Shown: positions 7,557 to 16,838 of the stretch, in pieces
How positions within the stretch are numbered: position 1 is the stretch's first letter
Layout: each line of letters starts with the position of its first letter
Source of the DNA: a virus
DNA: 43,869 bases
Virus record (IMG/VR): IMGVR_UViG_3300045988_057526
Coordinates: 1-43,869 of that record
Strand: one strand, 5' to 3'
Notes under the pieces: generated by a model
Told to the model about the DNA's origin: nothing
The model's database searches: none
Seen by the model: only the letters and a program-made list of their open reading frames with translations
Position numbers and translations under genes: made by a program

Positions 7557-7847
7557 TCACACCTCCATCGTGGTGATTGTCCCGCTATCATCGACTGTGA
7601 TCTTGAACTTTTTGGTGCTATTGGGTGTAGTCGATTGCAAAATTGTACTAGCATCGATTTTTGCGCTGAGTTCTGTAATTGCGGATTCCAGCTCAGGAGC
7701 AGAAACAACATCAAATTCTACGCCCATGGATTCATTGGGTGTAACCATGACTACATAATGCGTAAAGTTACGGCTGTACGCAGTAGCCCCAAACATATAC
7801 GTATCTCTTGTAGCAATGACCATTGGGAGCATACGCCCACAATCCAT
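7557..7847 (-). CDS. Hypothetical tail-module protein (96 aa as drawn; start uncertain)
   Basis: Open frame from 7856. LPMVIATRDTYMFGATAYSRNFTHYVVMVTPNE looks protein-like. There is no clear ribosome-binding site, and it overlaps the upstream ORF by 97 nt. Confidence 0.4.
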   Translation of the reverse strand: MDCGRMLPMVIATRDTYMFGATAYSRNFTHYVVMVTPNESMGVEFDVVSAPELESAITELSAKIDASTILQSTTPNSTKKFKITVDDSGTITTMEV

Positions 7848-8437
7848 AGCATCACGTCATACGAAAGATTTTCTGACTCACTGCTATAAATACCATAATG
7901 CTCTTCACCCGCTTCTGCAACTCGAAGTCTGCAAGTAAAAGTCGGCGCATCAATAAGATACTCAGGACGATTCTTAATGTAGTCCTTTGCTTTTGAGTTG
8001 TTTTGTGCCCAGTCCGCACCACCAGACGCAGCCGCTTCGTTGATCGCGGCTACCAGCGTGTCCTTTGCCTCCGTCGTCAGGTCGGCAAGGTCGCCGATTT
8101 CGGCGCGCAGACGATCGAAGCCAGCGTGCTCGGTCGGGGTGTAGACGTAGTCCGACGGCTTAGGACGTGCAAATACGGGAAAATAGACCAGCACCTTGGT
8201 GTAACCGCCGTTAGTATCGGAAACCCAAGCGTATACAATTAGCTTTCCGGGCACTTGCAGTAGTTCATCGGGGATCGCTGCTTTTCCGTTTTTAACCTCG
8301 ACAGTATACGGAATGTTGATTACTTTCTCGGTGCTTGTGAAATGTGCTTGTGAAACTGTATCTTCACCGAACTCGATGATTCTACCGGTATCCCACTGGA
8401 ACAGTTCTCCACGTCCATCTGCGAGTTCAAGTGTCAT
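7751..8437 (-). CDS. Tail fibre or baseplate-associated protein (3' end uncertain)
   Basis: AAGGAGG ribosome-binding site at 8437. MTLELADGRGELFQWDTGRII... The last 33 or so residues (MLWIVGVCSQWSLLQEIRICLGLL...) look non-native. Confidence 0.45.
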   Translation of the reverse strand: MTLELADGRGELFQWDTGRIIEFGEDTVSQAHFTSTEKVINIPYTVEVKNGKAAIPDELLQVPGKLIVYAWVSDTNGGYTKVLVYFPVFARPKPSDYVYTPTEHAGFDRLRAEIGDLADLTTEAKDTLVAAINEAAASGGADWAQNNSKAKDYIKNRPEYLIDAPTFTCRLRVAEAGEEHYGIYSSESENLSYDVMLWIVGVCSQWSLLQEIRICLGLLRTAVTLRIM

Positions 8438-8449
8438 GATATCCCCTCC

Positions 8450-10282
8450 TTATTTGTATTTTCCTACAACGTGGTAGCTAATGCGCGGGTTTAGTATCGT
8501 CGCCGTGGTAGGCCGCGCGAGCGCATACGCTGGCGCGCCGGTAAGCAGATTGTTGCTTGCGCTAAATGTGGATATTAACCAAGCGTCCTTGTCCCCGCCG
8601 CTGTAGGTCGCCGAGACCGACGGCGTAGCGATAAAAGCAAAAGGATACTGCCGTGCTGCGACGTTGCTCGGCAAATCCATCCACGTGCCGTAGTACATAC
8701 TGCCCCACTCGGACGTGATCGCAATCTGATCGACACCGGATACCGCCCACAGCTCCGCGATGCCGCTGCTCCATTTGCGCCACGTCCAAAAGTCATTTGA
8801 TCCCTGCTCGGTGATGTAGTCTGTGCCGATATCGGATTTGAATTCCGCCAGTGTCCGGAAGTATACCCACCCAGACTCATCTAGCACAGCAATCTTACCG
8901 GGTACGCGGCCAAGGTCGGTTGCTTCTGTCGTTTGCAACCACGTGCCCGTGATATACTTGCCGATCAAGTTCCATTTTAATTGCACGGTCTTTTCTTTTT
9001 CGGCGATGCCTCCAAAGCATACGGAGGGCAATGCGAAGTTGATGTTAAGCGGCACTTCTACGGTCGCAACTATGATTTCCTTGGACGTTTTGCTGCCAAA
9101 AGCGTCAGAGACGGCTACTTCCAGCTTCCGCGTGGTATCGGTTCCGATACCTGAAAGGTATAGTGTTTTTGCGCCTGCGCTTTGATTGGTAACTGTCTGC
9201 TTTGCAACACCGTCGAGTGATACTGTAAGATTGGCTCGGTTAGCTGCCAATGCCATCGCCAGCGTAAAAGTGATTTTGATGTCCGCTCCGGCCGGGTTTT
9301 CTGTCCACACGCTATTGGTATAGCTGCCACGAACATACGCCAGATTATTGATAACCGGGGTGGTATATGCGGACACAGGTAGGTTCGTGCTATATGTTGC
9401 AGTACGTTTTCGGGAATCTGTCACGACAACTTTTACAGGGATGTTTCCGCTATCGGGCAGACTGTTTTCCGCGTTAGCGTCAACGACTTTCCCGTTCACG
9501 GTCATCGCGGTGTCAATGATCTTACTCCCCATCACGCCAGCCGCAGTTATACTCGCTTTTACTCGGCTTTTGTTTTGAACCCAACCATAAATGTTTTTAT
9601 ACCCCGCCGCATCCGACAAACTAACGGACACGGTTGGCACTGTATCGGGGGAGACAGTAATTTTCGTCCACACGTCGGTAGACCCAATCAGGGTATCTCC
9701 GTTATAAGTCACGCACCTGAAATGTATCTTGCCCGCCTCCGCGCTGGTAAGCACACTCGCGAGTGATTTGGGGGGTGTCCACTTAATCGAGCGCTCTGCG
9801 GTTTCGGTTGCGATTGTGCCAAACTGTATGCCGAAATAATAAGTAACCGTATGGGTAAAATCATTACTTGCCGGGTTCAGCGTGATTGTGCCTTCTTGCC
9901 CCATTACCAGAGGGGCTATAACGGGTGTCGTTGCGCGTGGGATTGTACTCAGCGTCAATGTTTGAGATTTTTCAACCACGCCTGCGCTGATCCTCGTATC
10001 CATCCACGTGTTTACCGTAATCGTACCGGTGCCGTCGTTCCTGTGGGGGACAGTGATTGTGGTATCAACGATTGTCTTAGTTGTACCTTGTGGGAGGGTA
10101 TAGCTAACACTGTATTGCGTTGCTTGCCCACCGTTGATATATACATCGTAGTACGCGGTTCGGGAATTATCATTGTGGCTTGCGCCGGTCTGCGTAGATT
10201 CCCACAAGATTCTTACCTGAGATGTATTGTTCTGAACATTTTGGCTGATTTGAGATAGTGTTAGGCTTTGATAAACCGCCAT
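8450..10282 (-). CDS. Large tail or baseplate structural protein (N-terminus resembles the siphovirus DUF859 type, from memory)
   Basis: 610 aa, rich in Thr, Ser and Val beta-type sequence, positioned after the Tal-like gene. ATG 10282 overlaps the upstream TGA by 1 nt. Confidence 0.5.
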   Translation of the reverse strand: MAVYQSLTLSQISQNVQNNTSQVRILWESTQTGASHNDNSRTAYYDVYINGGQATQYSVSYTLPQGTTKTIVDTTITVPHRNDGTGTITVNTWMDTRISAGVVEKSQTLTLSTIPRATTPVIAPLVMGQEGTITLNPASNDFTHTVTYYFGIQFGTIATETAERSIKWTPPKSLASVLTSAEAGKIHFRCVTYNGDTLIGSTDVWTKITVSPDTVPTVSVSLSDAAGYKNIYGWVQNKSRVKASITAAGVMGSKIIDTAMTVNGKVVDANAENSLPDSGNIPVKVVVTDSRKRTATYSTNLPVSAYTTPVINNLAYVRGSYTNSVWTENPAGADIKITFTLAMALAANRANLTVSLDGVAKQTVTNQSAGAKTLYLSGIGTDTTRKLEVAVSDAFGSKTSKEIIVATVEVPLNINFALPSVCFGGIAEKEKTVQLKWNLIGKYITGTWLQTTEATDLGRVPGKIAVLDESGWVYFRTLAEFKSDIGTDYITEQGSNDFWTWRKWSSGIAELWAVSGVDQIAITSEWGSMYYGTWMDLPSNVAARQYPFAFIATPSVSATYSGGDKDAWLISTFSASNNLLTGAPAYALARPTTATILNPRISYHVVGKYK

Positions 10283-11868
10283 CAACTCACCCCCACAAAA
10301 CTAACAGATTGGTTCGGCTGTACAACGATGCTCATCGGGCCAAGTCTAAATCTCGACAACTCTACCAGCTCGAAACTGTTATTATTCCAGTAGGCCAAAA
10401 GCATTCCGTTTGCGTCATAGAAGCCAATTTTATCGTTGTATTCTTTGAGCGTAATTTCGGATACCGAAGAGCCGATTCTTAAAACCGGGTGTCCGTCATC
10501 ATCCATCCCGATATCAATAAAATCGGAGAGGGTTTGCCCATTTACAGTAACGCGCTCTGCTGACATTTGACCGGTGGTAATAGCATTTGCATTGATTTGT
10601 CCGTCCATCGTCAACGCCACGCCGCTAATCGTCTTCCCTCCGTCTTTGGAGTATCCAAGCCCGTTGATATTCATCAGCCACAGGCGGGTATTATCCTCGA
10701 TAGTGGGGGTATCACGTACCATCCAGCCAGTAGGATATCCATTTTCATCATAGAGGACTTCCCAATATCCGCCCTTTGCGCCAATGATGCGCTCGGTTGC
10801 GTCCTGCATTGCTTTTGCAAGCCCCGCATACTCGCGTTTAACTTTTTGGATGATGGGGTTCTCGACAGTATAGTTTGAGTCCGGTGTGCCGTAACAAATA
10901 GTGGTAGCACTCATGCCGCCTTTAACTCGCAACTCCTGCGACATAACCAAAACGGGCAGACCGCCTCCGTCAAGGTCTGTACTGTCGATAACGTGTATAA
11001 TGTCGCCAGCTTCAACGGACGGATCTCCACGCCACTTTACTTCCAGCGGCATCAGAGTCAGACTTTTTATCTGTTCGAGCACCGAGGCGGCAACCGCTTC
11101 CGTCATATATGGATTTGTTGCCGAAATGCTAGTTCCCGTCCCGACAGTAATCGGATTATCTTCCGTGCCGGTGACAAGTGCCTGAATTGTGAATCGATCG
11201 TCGGCTGTCTTTTTCAAACCATTCTGATACTGAGCGTCAAGCCCTACGGTAATACCCTCTGAGTATTTATGAAAAACCAACTGACCTGCCGCGTCAAATT
11301 TCGCATTCGCACCGATTAGCCCTGCCAACCATCCCAATTGCTGACGGATTGTACCTGCGTAAGAATTAGAAATTACCATCTCTGGGAAAGCAACTTCCGG
11401 AGCAGTGATGTTTGCCTGTAGACAGATATCGGTCAGCATCGCATTCGGAGTGGCCGGGAAATTGATGGTAGGGGTATATTCATCAGTCAGTGTCGCCATG
11501 CGGTCATAACCGGTAATCGTTAGACACAGGTTGCCGCTATTCTCTACGCCGTCAGAGGGGACGTAAAACACGCCTTTCGGGATGTATACAGTTCCACCAT
11601 CTCCGGGGAGAATGACTCCGACAGAAGGGGCGAAATACGCCCCGTTTAGGGGGAGCGCGGGAGTCTGCTTATAAATCGTCACTTTGCATTGCGAGGAAAA
11701 AGACGCTCCGATCGTTACACCGTCCGATGATCCGCACTGTTCAGTAACAACAATTTCCTGAATTTCAGAAGCGGCAAGCTCGCTGACACCGTTAAATGTG
11801 ATTTTACTAGTAATACTTCTTCCCGGCGATTTACACGCTTCATGGAAAGATTCTGTCACAGTGTACAT
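10282..11868 (-). CDS. Tail-tip protein (Tal position, 528 aa)
   Basis: Synteny: tape measure, then a small protein, then this gene. AAAGGTGA ribosome-binding site. Confidence 0.5.
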   Translation of the reverse strand: MYTVTESFHEACKSPGRSITSKITFNGVSELAASEIQEIVVTEQCGSSDGVTIGASFSSQCKVTIYKQTPALPLNGAYFAPSVGVILPGDGGTVYIPKGVFYVPSDGVENSGNLCLTITGYDRMATLTDEYTPTINFPATPNAMLTDICLQANITAPEVAFPEMVISNSYAGTIRQQLGWLAGLIGANAKFDAAGQLVFHKYSEGITVGLDAQYQNGLKKTADDRFTIQALVTGTEDNPITVGTGTSISATNPYMTEAVAASVLEQIKSLTLMPLEVKWRGDPSVEAGDIIHVIDSTDLDGGGLPVLVMSQELRVKGGMSATTICYGTPDSNYTVENPIIQKVKREYAGLAKAMQDATERIIGAKGGYWEVLYDENGYPTGWMVRDTPTIEDNTRLWLMNINGLGYSKDGGKTISGVALTMDGQINANAITTGQMSAERVTVNGQTLSDFIDIGMDDDGHPVLRIGSSVSEITLKEYNDKIGFYDANGMLLAYWNNNSFELVELSRFRLGPMSIVVQPNQSVSFVGVS

Positions 11869-11874
11869 GGTGCT

Positions 11875-12246
11875 TCACCTTTCAATAAAATTCATGGATA
11901 GACTATTCCACAGATAGACCCCGTTGATGAGACTATACATAGGAGCAGTCCGGTCGCCCACATAAGCAATCATGCTTCGAGTTTCTCCGGTCAGCGCATC
12001 GGGATATGAGACCGTGAAAAAGGTATCCGTGACGGCGTTCAGCAAAGTGGACATATCCGCCGCAGTCATTGGAGGCCACGAGAGAGTTAGTTTCCTCTTT
12101 ATTGCAACCCGGTCTCGGAATAGGTCGCCATTCTGATTTCGACCTGTCCCGTCAGCGTCAATGTCTTGAATGCTCCATGACAACTGCGCGGGGTCAGGCA
12201 GAGGGACAGAAGTCCCGTCTGCCTTTGTGATTGTAAGAATTGCCAT
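11875..12246 (-). CDS. Distal-tail-position protein (123 aa)
   Basis: Lies immediately downstream of the tape measure gene. AAGGAG ribosome-binding site. Confidence 0.45.
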   Translation of the reverse strand: MAILTITKADGTSVPLPDPAQLSWSIQDIDADGTGRNQNGDLFRDRVAIKRKLTLSWPPMTAADMSTLLNAVTDTFFTVSYPDALTGETRSMIAYVGDRTAPMYSLINGVYLWNSLSMNFIER

Positions 12247-12255
12247 AATTTCTCC

Positions 12256-15200
12256 TTACGCCAACAGTGGGCTAAATCCGGTTGCGCGGATGGCGGCATT
12301 GTTTTCGTCAACCATCTGTCTAAACAATTCTTTACCGTTCATCTGCACAATTACAGTGATCGGGCGGCTGTTGCCCGAATTCGTTTCACCGCTTGCCCTC
12401 TGCACTGCCTCGTACACACCTTGCGATACAGATTCAACAATCTGATCGTTGTTTGCTACAGCCGTCTTTCTGCCGATATTACCAACCATTTCGGCACCGG
12501 ATTCACGAGCGATAAAGAGCTGCCCTTCATCCACAAAACCGCCGTCTGCGAAAGTAGGAACGTGGGGAATGTTCACCAACCGGGCGTTAAATGCTGGAAC
12601 GACTTCTTTTCCAAGAACACTCAATCCTCTGAAAGAGATATGAAATACGTTATTGATTGCATCTACAACTCGGTTAATTATTCCGATAATGGAATTCGCC
12701 ATTCTCCGAACAAAATTGGTAATGGGGTTATCATCAAGTGACCATGCCGCGTATGACAGGCCAAGACCAGCCGCTAGCACGGCAAGACCCAATCCAATTC
12801 CAGCACCGCTCAAACAAAGCAGAACACCGAGTACCGTCAGAGCGCCTCCGAGAATACCTGCGATAACAGAAACCACTTTTTTAATGGCGGTCACAACGGT
12901 GTTCCAGTTCAGGGCTACCGCCGATCCGAGACTTAGAGCGCCAGCCGCCATCAGGCCAAGACCGAGAGGAAGGGCGACTCCGCTCAGAGCAAGGATAGCG
13001 CCGACCGCCAAGAGAGCGCCGCCGACAACGATGGTAATTATGTTGATCTTCTTCCGAACATTGTCGGAGAGGTTATTCCAGTTCGGCATAATCGCCGTAC
13101 CCATTGTGACCGCGCCTGCCGCCAACAGAGCCAGAGCCAGCGGGATATTCGTCCCGGAGAACGCCAGTGCCGCACCAATAGCGAGGAACGCCACAGATAC
13201 AACTGCGGTAATAACTGCAATCACATTCTGAATTTCATCGCTCAGGCCATTCCAGTTGAGAGCCATCACGGAAACCAGAGAAGTAGCGCCAACAGCCATC
13301 AGCGCAATACCGAGGGGCATAGACCCGGAGAAAGCGAGGATAGCACCGAGTGCCAAGGTTGCTCCGCTGACCAGCAATCCTACTCTGGACAAGGGAGAAG
13401 CCAGAGCTTTCGATATACTATTCCAGTTCAGAGCTGCGGCAGATACAAGCGTGGCAGCACCAATAGCCATCAGCGCAATACCCAGCCCGATTGCAACCCC
13501 GGTAAAGGCTAACATAGCGCCGACAGCCAGAGAAGCACCTGCCAGAACTCCCGTTAAGGTGGTCAAAGCGTCAGTGAGGTGTTGGTCGCTGTTATGCCAG
13601 TTGATAACAGCGGCAGTTGCAAGGCTTGCTCCACCCAAGGCCATCAACGCGATACCAAGAGGAAGGTTTGCCCCGGAAAACGCCATAATTGCGCCAAGAG
13701 CCAGCAGGAAACCACCGACAACACCCGTAATGAGAGCCAGTGTATTTGCCAATTCGCTACTCATAGCTGTCCAATTCAGCCCCACGGTAGCCGCAAGACC
13801 GACCGCACCAGCAGCCATCAGGCTGACGCCCAGCGGAATATTCACACCGGTTACGACCAGAATTGCACCTACCGCCAGCATAAAGCCGGAAACAATCGTG
13901 GCGATCTCTGCAAGAGTATTTTCAATCATCTTCTGGATTTCACCGATGCGGGTTTCTACCGCATCATCGAGAAAGCCATAGGTGGGAAGATCGAAGTCAA
14001 ATCCACCCCCGCCAGCACCACCAGCGCCCCCGCCCGATCCGGCATTGCTGTTCGAGGGAAGTACATTCAACTCGTCAAATCCGGCAATGTATTTCTTTAG
14101 CTCTTTAGCTGACCCGGCAGCGCTTCCGAGATTATCTGCCACCGCCCCCGTGCCGGATGCGAGTTTCCCAACGCTTGAGTAATCAACATCGGTCAAAGTA
14201 AAACCGAGAAGATTTGCGATAGCGTTTGCAATCTCTCGAATAACTTTAACTACGGCAATCGCATAAGGAAGGATGGCGTTCAGAGCCGGAATGAAGATGT
14301 TACCGATAGCTCGTGCAGCCTGTGTAAGCTGTGCCTGCAAGATACGAAGCTGGTTTGCGGGAGCTTCCAGAGTTCTCGCCATATCGCCTTGAGCGGTCGT
14401 CACCTGAGTCATGACGGCATAATATCTCAGCTCGGCCTTTTCTGCCTGCGTCATGTTCGCAACGCTTTCCTTGATACCAAGGTTCAAAGCGGTCTGTTCC
14501 AATCGTGCCTGCGACAAATCGTAGCCCAAGCGCCGCAGAGGTTCCAGCTCACCGGAAATACCGGACTGTAACTTCTGCATAGCGTCTTCAATGGAAATGT
14601 TGAAGAAAGAAGAAAGGTCATAACCCAACTGCGTCAGGTTTCGGCTCATGAGCTGCGCTCGTTCTGCCGTGTCACCAAAGCCGGTCAGCAGCGTATTGAA
14701 AATGCCCTGATTGCGGAGCCATTGCGCAGGGTCAATACCCATGACATCGGATACCTTTTCCGCATATTCTTTTGCTTCACCCGCATACTCCCCCAAGGCA
14801 ACCGTGAACAGGTTCAGGTCTTCTTGGTACTTATTGGACTCCGTGACCGCCTGTGCAATGAAATTACCGATTTTGCGGAAAGCGACTGCGACAGCAGCAA
14901 CGTTCAACGCTTTCAATCCACCCGTGAACTTCCCGGTAGTGGAGGTTGCCTTACCAACCGAAGCATTGTATTTTTCCGTGCTGGTAATCAGCTTTTGGAT
15001 TTTGGACGGGAACGCCGAAAAACCGTTGGACACCTTCTGCATTTCATCAGCGAAAGGCTTCATGGCGGCGGCAAGAGAGGTCATCTGTTGCGTGAACTTG
15101 TCAATATCTGCCGCTTCCAAGTCTTCAATTACTTTCGGCAATTTCGAAAGTTGAGTCGTGAAAGAGGTTAGATTGGCCTTCCTCATATTGGAGAGGGGAA

Positions 15201-15570
15201 GCAAACCATTAACGAGGGTTGTCACTTTGTCCCCGTCTGTCCATTTAAGACCAGCGATAGCAGTGTTGATGGCCGTAAGCTGATTGGCAATGGATGAAGA
15301 AATCTTCACATTTCCAACCTGACTCAGTGCGCTCATTGCCTTCGTGATCCTGCCAATCTTTTGAGAGGCGTCGCCGCTGTTCAAGCCTTTCAGAGAATTA
15401 GAAAGCTCCCGAATACCATGAGCGGTCTTGCTCAGACCCGTTACGCCGCCGTTGGTGGCGGTTTTTAAACGATTGAGCGTGTTAATCAGGTTTTGAAGCC
15501 CCTTGACCGCCTGCGTACTGTCATTGACGATCTGAAACTCTAACCCCTGAATTTCCACATTATCAGCCAC
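12256..15570 (-). CDS. Tape measure protein (1104 aa)
   Basis: Largest ORF, following the chaperone pair. Long helical N-terminal region, Gly-rich linker and a hydrophobic repeat block. GTG start overlaps the upstream stop. Confidence 0.85.
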   Translation of the reverse strand: MADNVEIQGLEFQIVNDSTQAVKGLQNLINTLNRLKTATNGGVTGLSKTAHGIRELSNSLKGLNSGDASQKIGRITKAMSALSQVGNVKISSSIANQLTAINTAIAGLKWTDGDKVTTLVNGLLPLSNMRKANLTSFTTQLSKLPKVIEDLEAADIDKFTQQMTSLAAAMKPFADEMQKVSNGFSAFPSKIQKLITSTEKYNASVGKATSTTGKFTGGLKALNVAAVAVAFRKIGNFIAQAVTESNKYQEDLNLFTVALGEYAGEAKEYAEKVSDVMGIDPAQWLRNQGIFNTLLTGFGDTAERAQLMSRNLTQLGYDLSSFFNISIEDAMQKLQSGISGELEPLRRLGYDLSQARLEQTALNLGIKESVANMTQAEKAELRYYAVMTQVTTAQGDMARTLEAPANQLRILQAQLTQAARAIGNIFIPALNAILPYAIAVVKVIREIANAIANLLGFTLTDVDYSSVGKLASGTGAVADNLGSAAGSAKELKKYIAGFDELNVLPSNSNAGSGGGAGGAGGGGFDFDLPTYGFLDDAVETRIGEIQKMIENTLAEIATIVSGFMLAVGAILVVTGVNIPLGVSLMAAGAVGLAATVGLNWTAMSSELANTLALITGVVGGFLLALGAIMAFSGANLPLGIALMALGGASLATAAVINWHNSDQHLTDALTTLTGVLAGASLAVGAMLAFTGVAIGLGIALMAIGAATLVSAAALNWNSISKALASPLSRVGLLVSGATLALGAILAFSGSMPLGIALMAVGATSLVSVMALNWNGLSDEIQNVIAVITAVVSVAFLAIGAALAFSGTNIPLALALLAAGAVTMGTAIMPNWNNLSDNVRKKINIITIVVGGALLAVGAILALSGVALPLGLGLMAAGALSLGSAVALNWNTVVTAIKKVVSVIAGILGGALTVLGVLLCLSGAGIGLGLAVLAAGLGLSYAAWSLDDNPITNFVRRMANSIIGIINRVVDAINNVFHISFRGLSVLGKEVVPAFNARLVNIPHVPTFADGGFVDEGQLFIARESGAEMVGNIGRKTAVANNDQIVESVSQGVYEAVQRASGETNSGNSRPITVIVQMNGKELFRQMVDENNAAIRATGFSPLLA
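12736..13917 (-). repeat. Seven tandem repeats of about 174 nt (58 aa) inside the tape measure gene
   Basis: Each unit ends in an LNWN-type motif and contains xxGAxLAxGAILAFSGxNxPLGIALMAxGAxSL, which is two hydrophobic helices per unit. Confidence 0.8.
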
Positions 15571-16024
15571 TTACGCCACCACCTTTCTCTTGAAATTTCT
15601 TATTGACCGACACCATAAAGGCTTCCATGTATGCCTTGGCTTGGTCATCGTGTTTTTCTTGAAGCTGCTTCTGCTGTTTTTTATCCTGCCGAGTGGACAG
15701 TTCATAGGGGCTTTCCCGATATGGTGTGGGTTTGGTTCCCTTCTTGGCAAAAGCACGAAGAATCGGGGCAGCATCAATAAGAGCTTCGTAAAAATAAGCG
15801 CCTTGAAGCCACGCCTCTTGGTTTTGCAAATCTTGCTTAATTTGTGCCGCCCTTCGATAATATTTCACCAAATCACAGTCCTGCTCCCAAAATTGTTCGT
15901 AGGACATACCAATGGCGAGGTAATACGGGAAGACTTCGTAGAATTTTCCTGTGTAAGCAAAAAGGGCGGCTGGGCGTTGATCGCCGCCGCCCCCCTCGTT
16001 ATCGGAAAGGCGGTCGCTTACCAA
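15563..16024 (-). CDS. Tail assembly chaperone, -1 frame extension (gpT-like part of a G-T fusion)
   Basis: Its frame is -1 relative to the upstream chaperone and is open from 16051. No independent ribosome-binding site. Confidence 0.65.
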   Translation of the reverse strand: MVSDRLSDNEGGGGDQRPAALFAYTGKFYEVFPYYLAIGMSYEQFWEQDCDLVKYYRRAAQIKQDLQNQEAWLQGAYFYEALIDAAPILRAFAKKGTKPTPYRESPYELSTRQDKKQQKQLQEKHDDQAKAYMEAFMVSVNKKFQEKGGGVSG

Positions 16025-16362
16025 CCGGCTTTCCAGCTCAGGTTTCCCTCGTTATCCTCCTGCTGCTCAGGGTCACCCAGAAGACTCAGCAGAGGTTCGT
16101 TATACATCTCCACCAAAGCGGAGATCAGCTCATCCTTATGAGTCAGACGAGCATAAATGTTGTCGATCACATCACGCTTCACGAAGCGATGGTGAGCGAG
16201 AAACGCACCGGCAAACAGTGCCGGAAGCATAGTCATCGGTTTGCGCTCCACTTCTTCGGCAACAAAGCCGCTTTTCTCCATCATCTCGACGGACTTGCGG
16301 GTGTATTCCAGCGTATAGGTGACGCCGGTAGTAGGGTCATTGATGGTCAACTGCTTTGCCAT
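16018..16362 (-). CDS. Tail assembly chaperone (gpG-like, 114 aa)
   Basis: Lies between the major tail protein and the tape measure. Acidic C-terminus. AAGGAGG ribosome-binding site. Confidence 0.7.
   Translation of the reverse strand: MAKQLTINDPTTGVTYTLEYTRKSVEMMEKSGFVAEEVERKPMTMLPALFAGAFLAHHRFVKRDVIDNIYARLTHKDELISALVEMYNEPLLSLLGDPEQQEDNEGNLSWKAGW
16042..16048 (-). promoter_or_regulatory. Programmed -1 frameshift heptamer G GGA AAC
   Basis: X XXY YYZ motif in the correct phase of the chaperone zero frame, 7 codons before its stop. Confidence 0.7.
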
Positions 16363-16400
16363 GATAAATCCTCCTTATCAATGCGGTGATTGTTGGTGTC

Positions 16401-16832
16401 TTAGGTTGCGGAGAAAGTGATGGGGGTAGACGGGGCAATGGTGATGTTCATGCCTACCACTTCATTCACGCCACCACCAACGGGGTACACGGACAGCTCA
16501 CCGTCAAAGGAAAACTTGCCGTTGGAGCCATCGGGAGTGACCACACCGGCGCTCTCCGTGCCGCCAAACCAAACTGCATAACTGGCTTTCTTGCCTTCGA
16601 GAGCCTTGAGAGCCTGAAAATCAGACAGCGTGTAGTTGGCGGTGAAGGACAGGCCGTCAAGAGACTGGATACCGGCGATGTAGGTCTGCATATCATCACT
16701 CAGAGTGGTGGTTTCCAGCATTTCAGGCTCACCGCCGAGGTCGGGAAACTCCTTGATGTCGATCAGCTTGCTCCAAGTATCGCCGGTATCACCTTTCTTC
16801 ATCAGAAAGGTTTTATAGGTCGAAATAGCCAT
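16401..16832 (-). CDS. Major tail protein
   Basis: MAISTYKTFLMKKGDTGDTWSKLIDIKEFPDLGGEPEMLETTTLSD... is a typical siphovirus major-tail N-terminus. The second ATG has better AGGAGG spacing. Confidence 0.7.
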   Translation of the reverse strand: MAISTYKTFLMKKGDTGDTWSKLIDIKEFPDLGGEPEMLETTTLSDDMQTYIAGIQSLDGLSFTANYTLSDFQALKALEGKKASYAVWFGGTESAGVVTPDGSNGKFSFDGELSVYPVGGGVNEVVGMNITIAPSTPITFSAT

Positions 16833-16838
16833 TTTCAT

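Noticed and set aside
12653-13981. Long plus-strand ORFs (12653-13231 and 13256-13981, and likewise 16386-17393, 20950-22146, 22782-24158, 30761-31888 and 37914-39212).
   Set aside because: They lie antisense to well-supported minus-strand genes (tape measure, tail, portal, terL, primase, exonuclease). Their composition is Pro/Arg/Ala-rich and low-complexity, and they have no ribosome-binding sites. They are shadow ORFs of a GC-rich coding strand.
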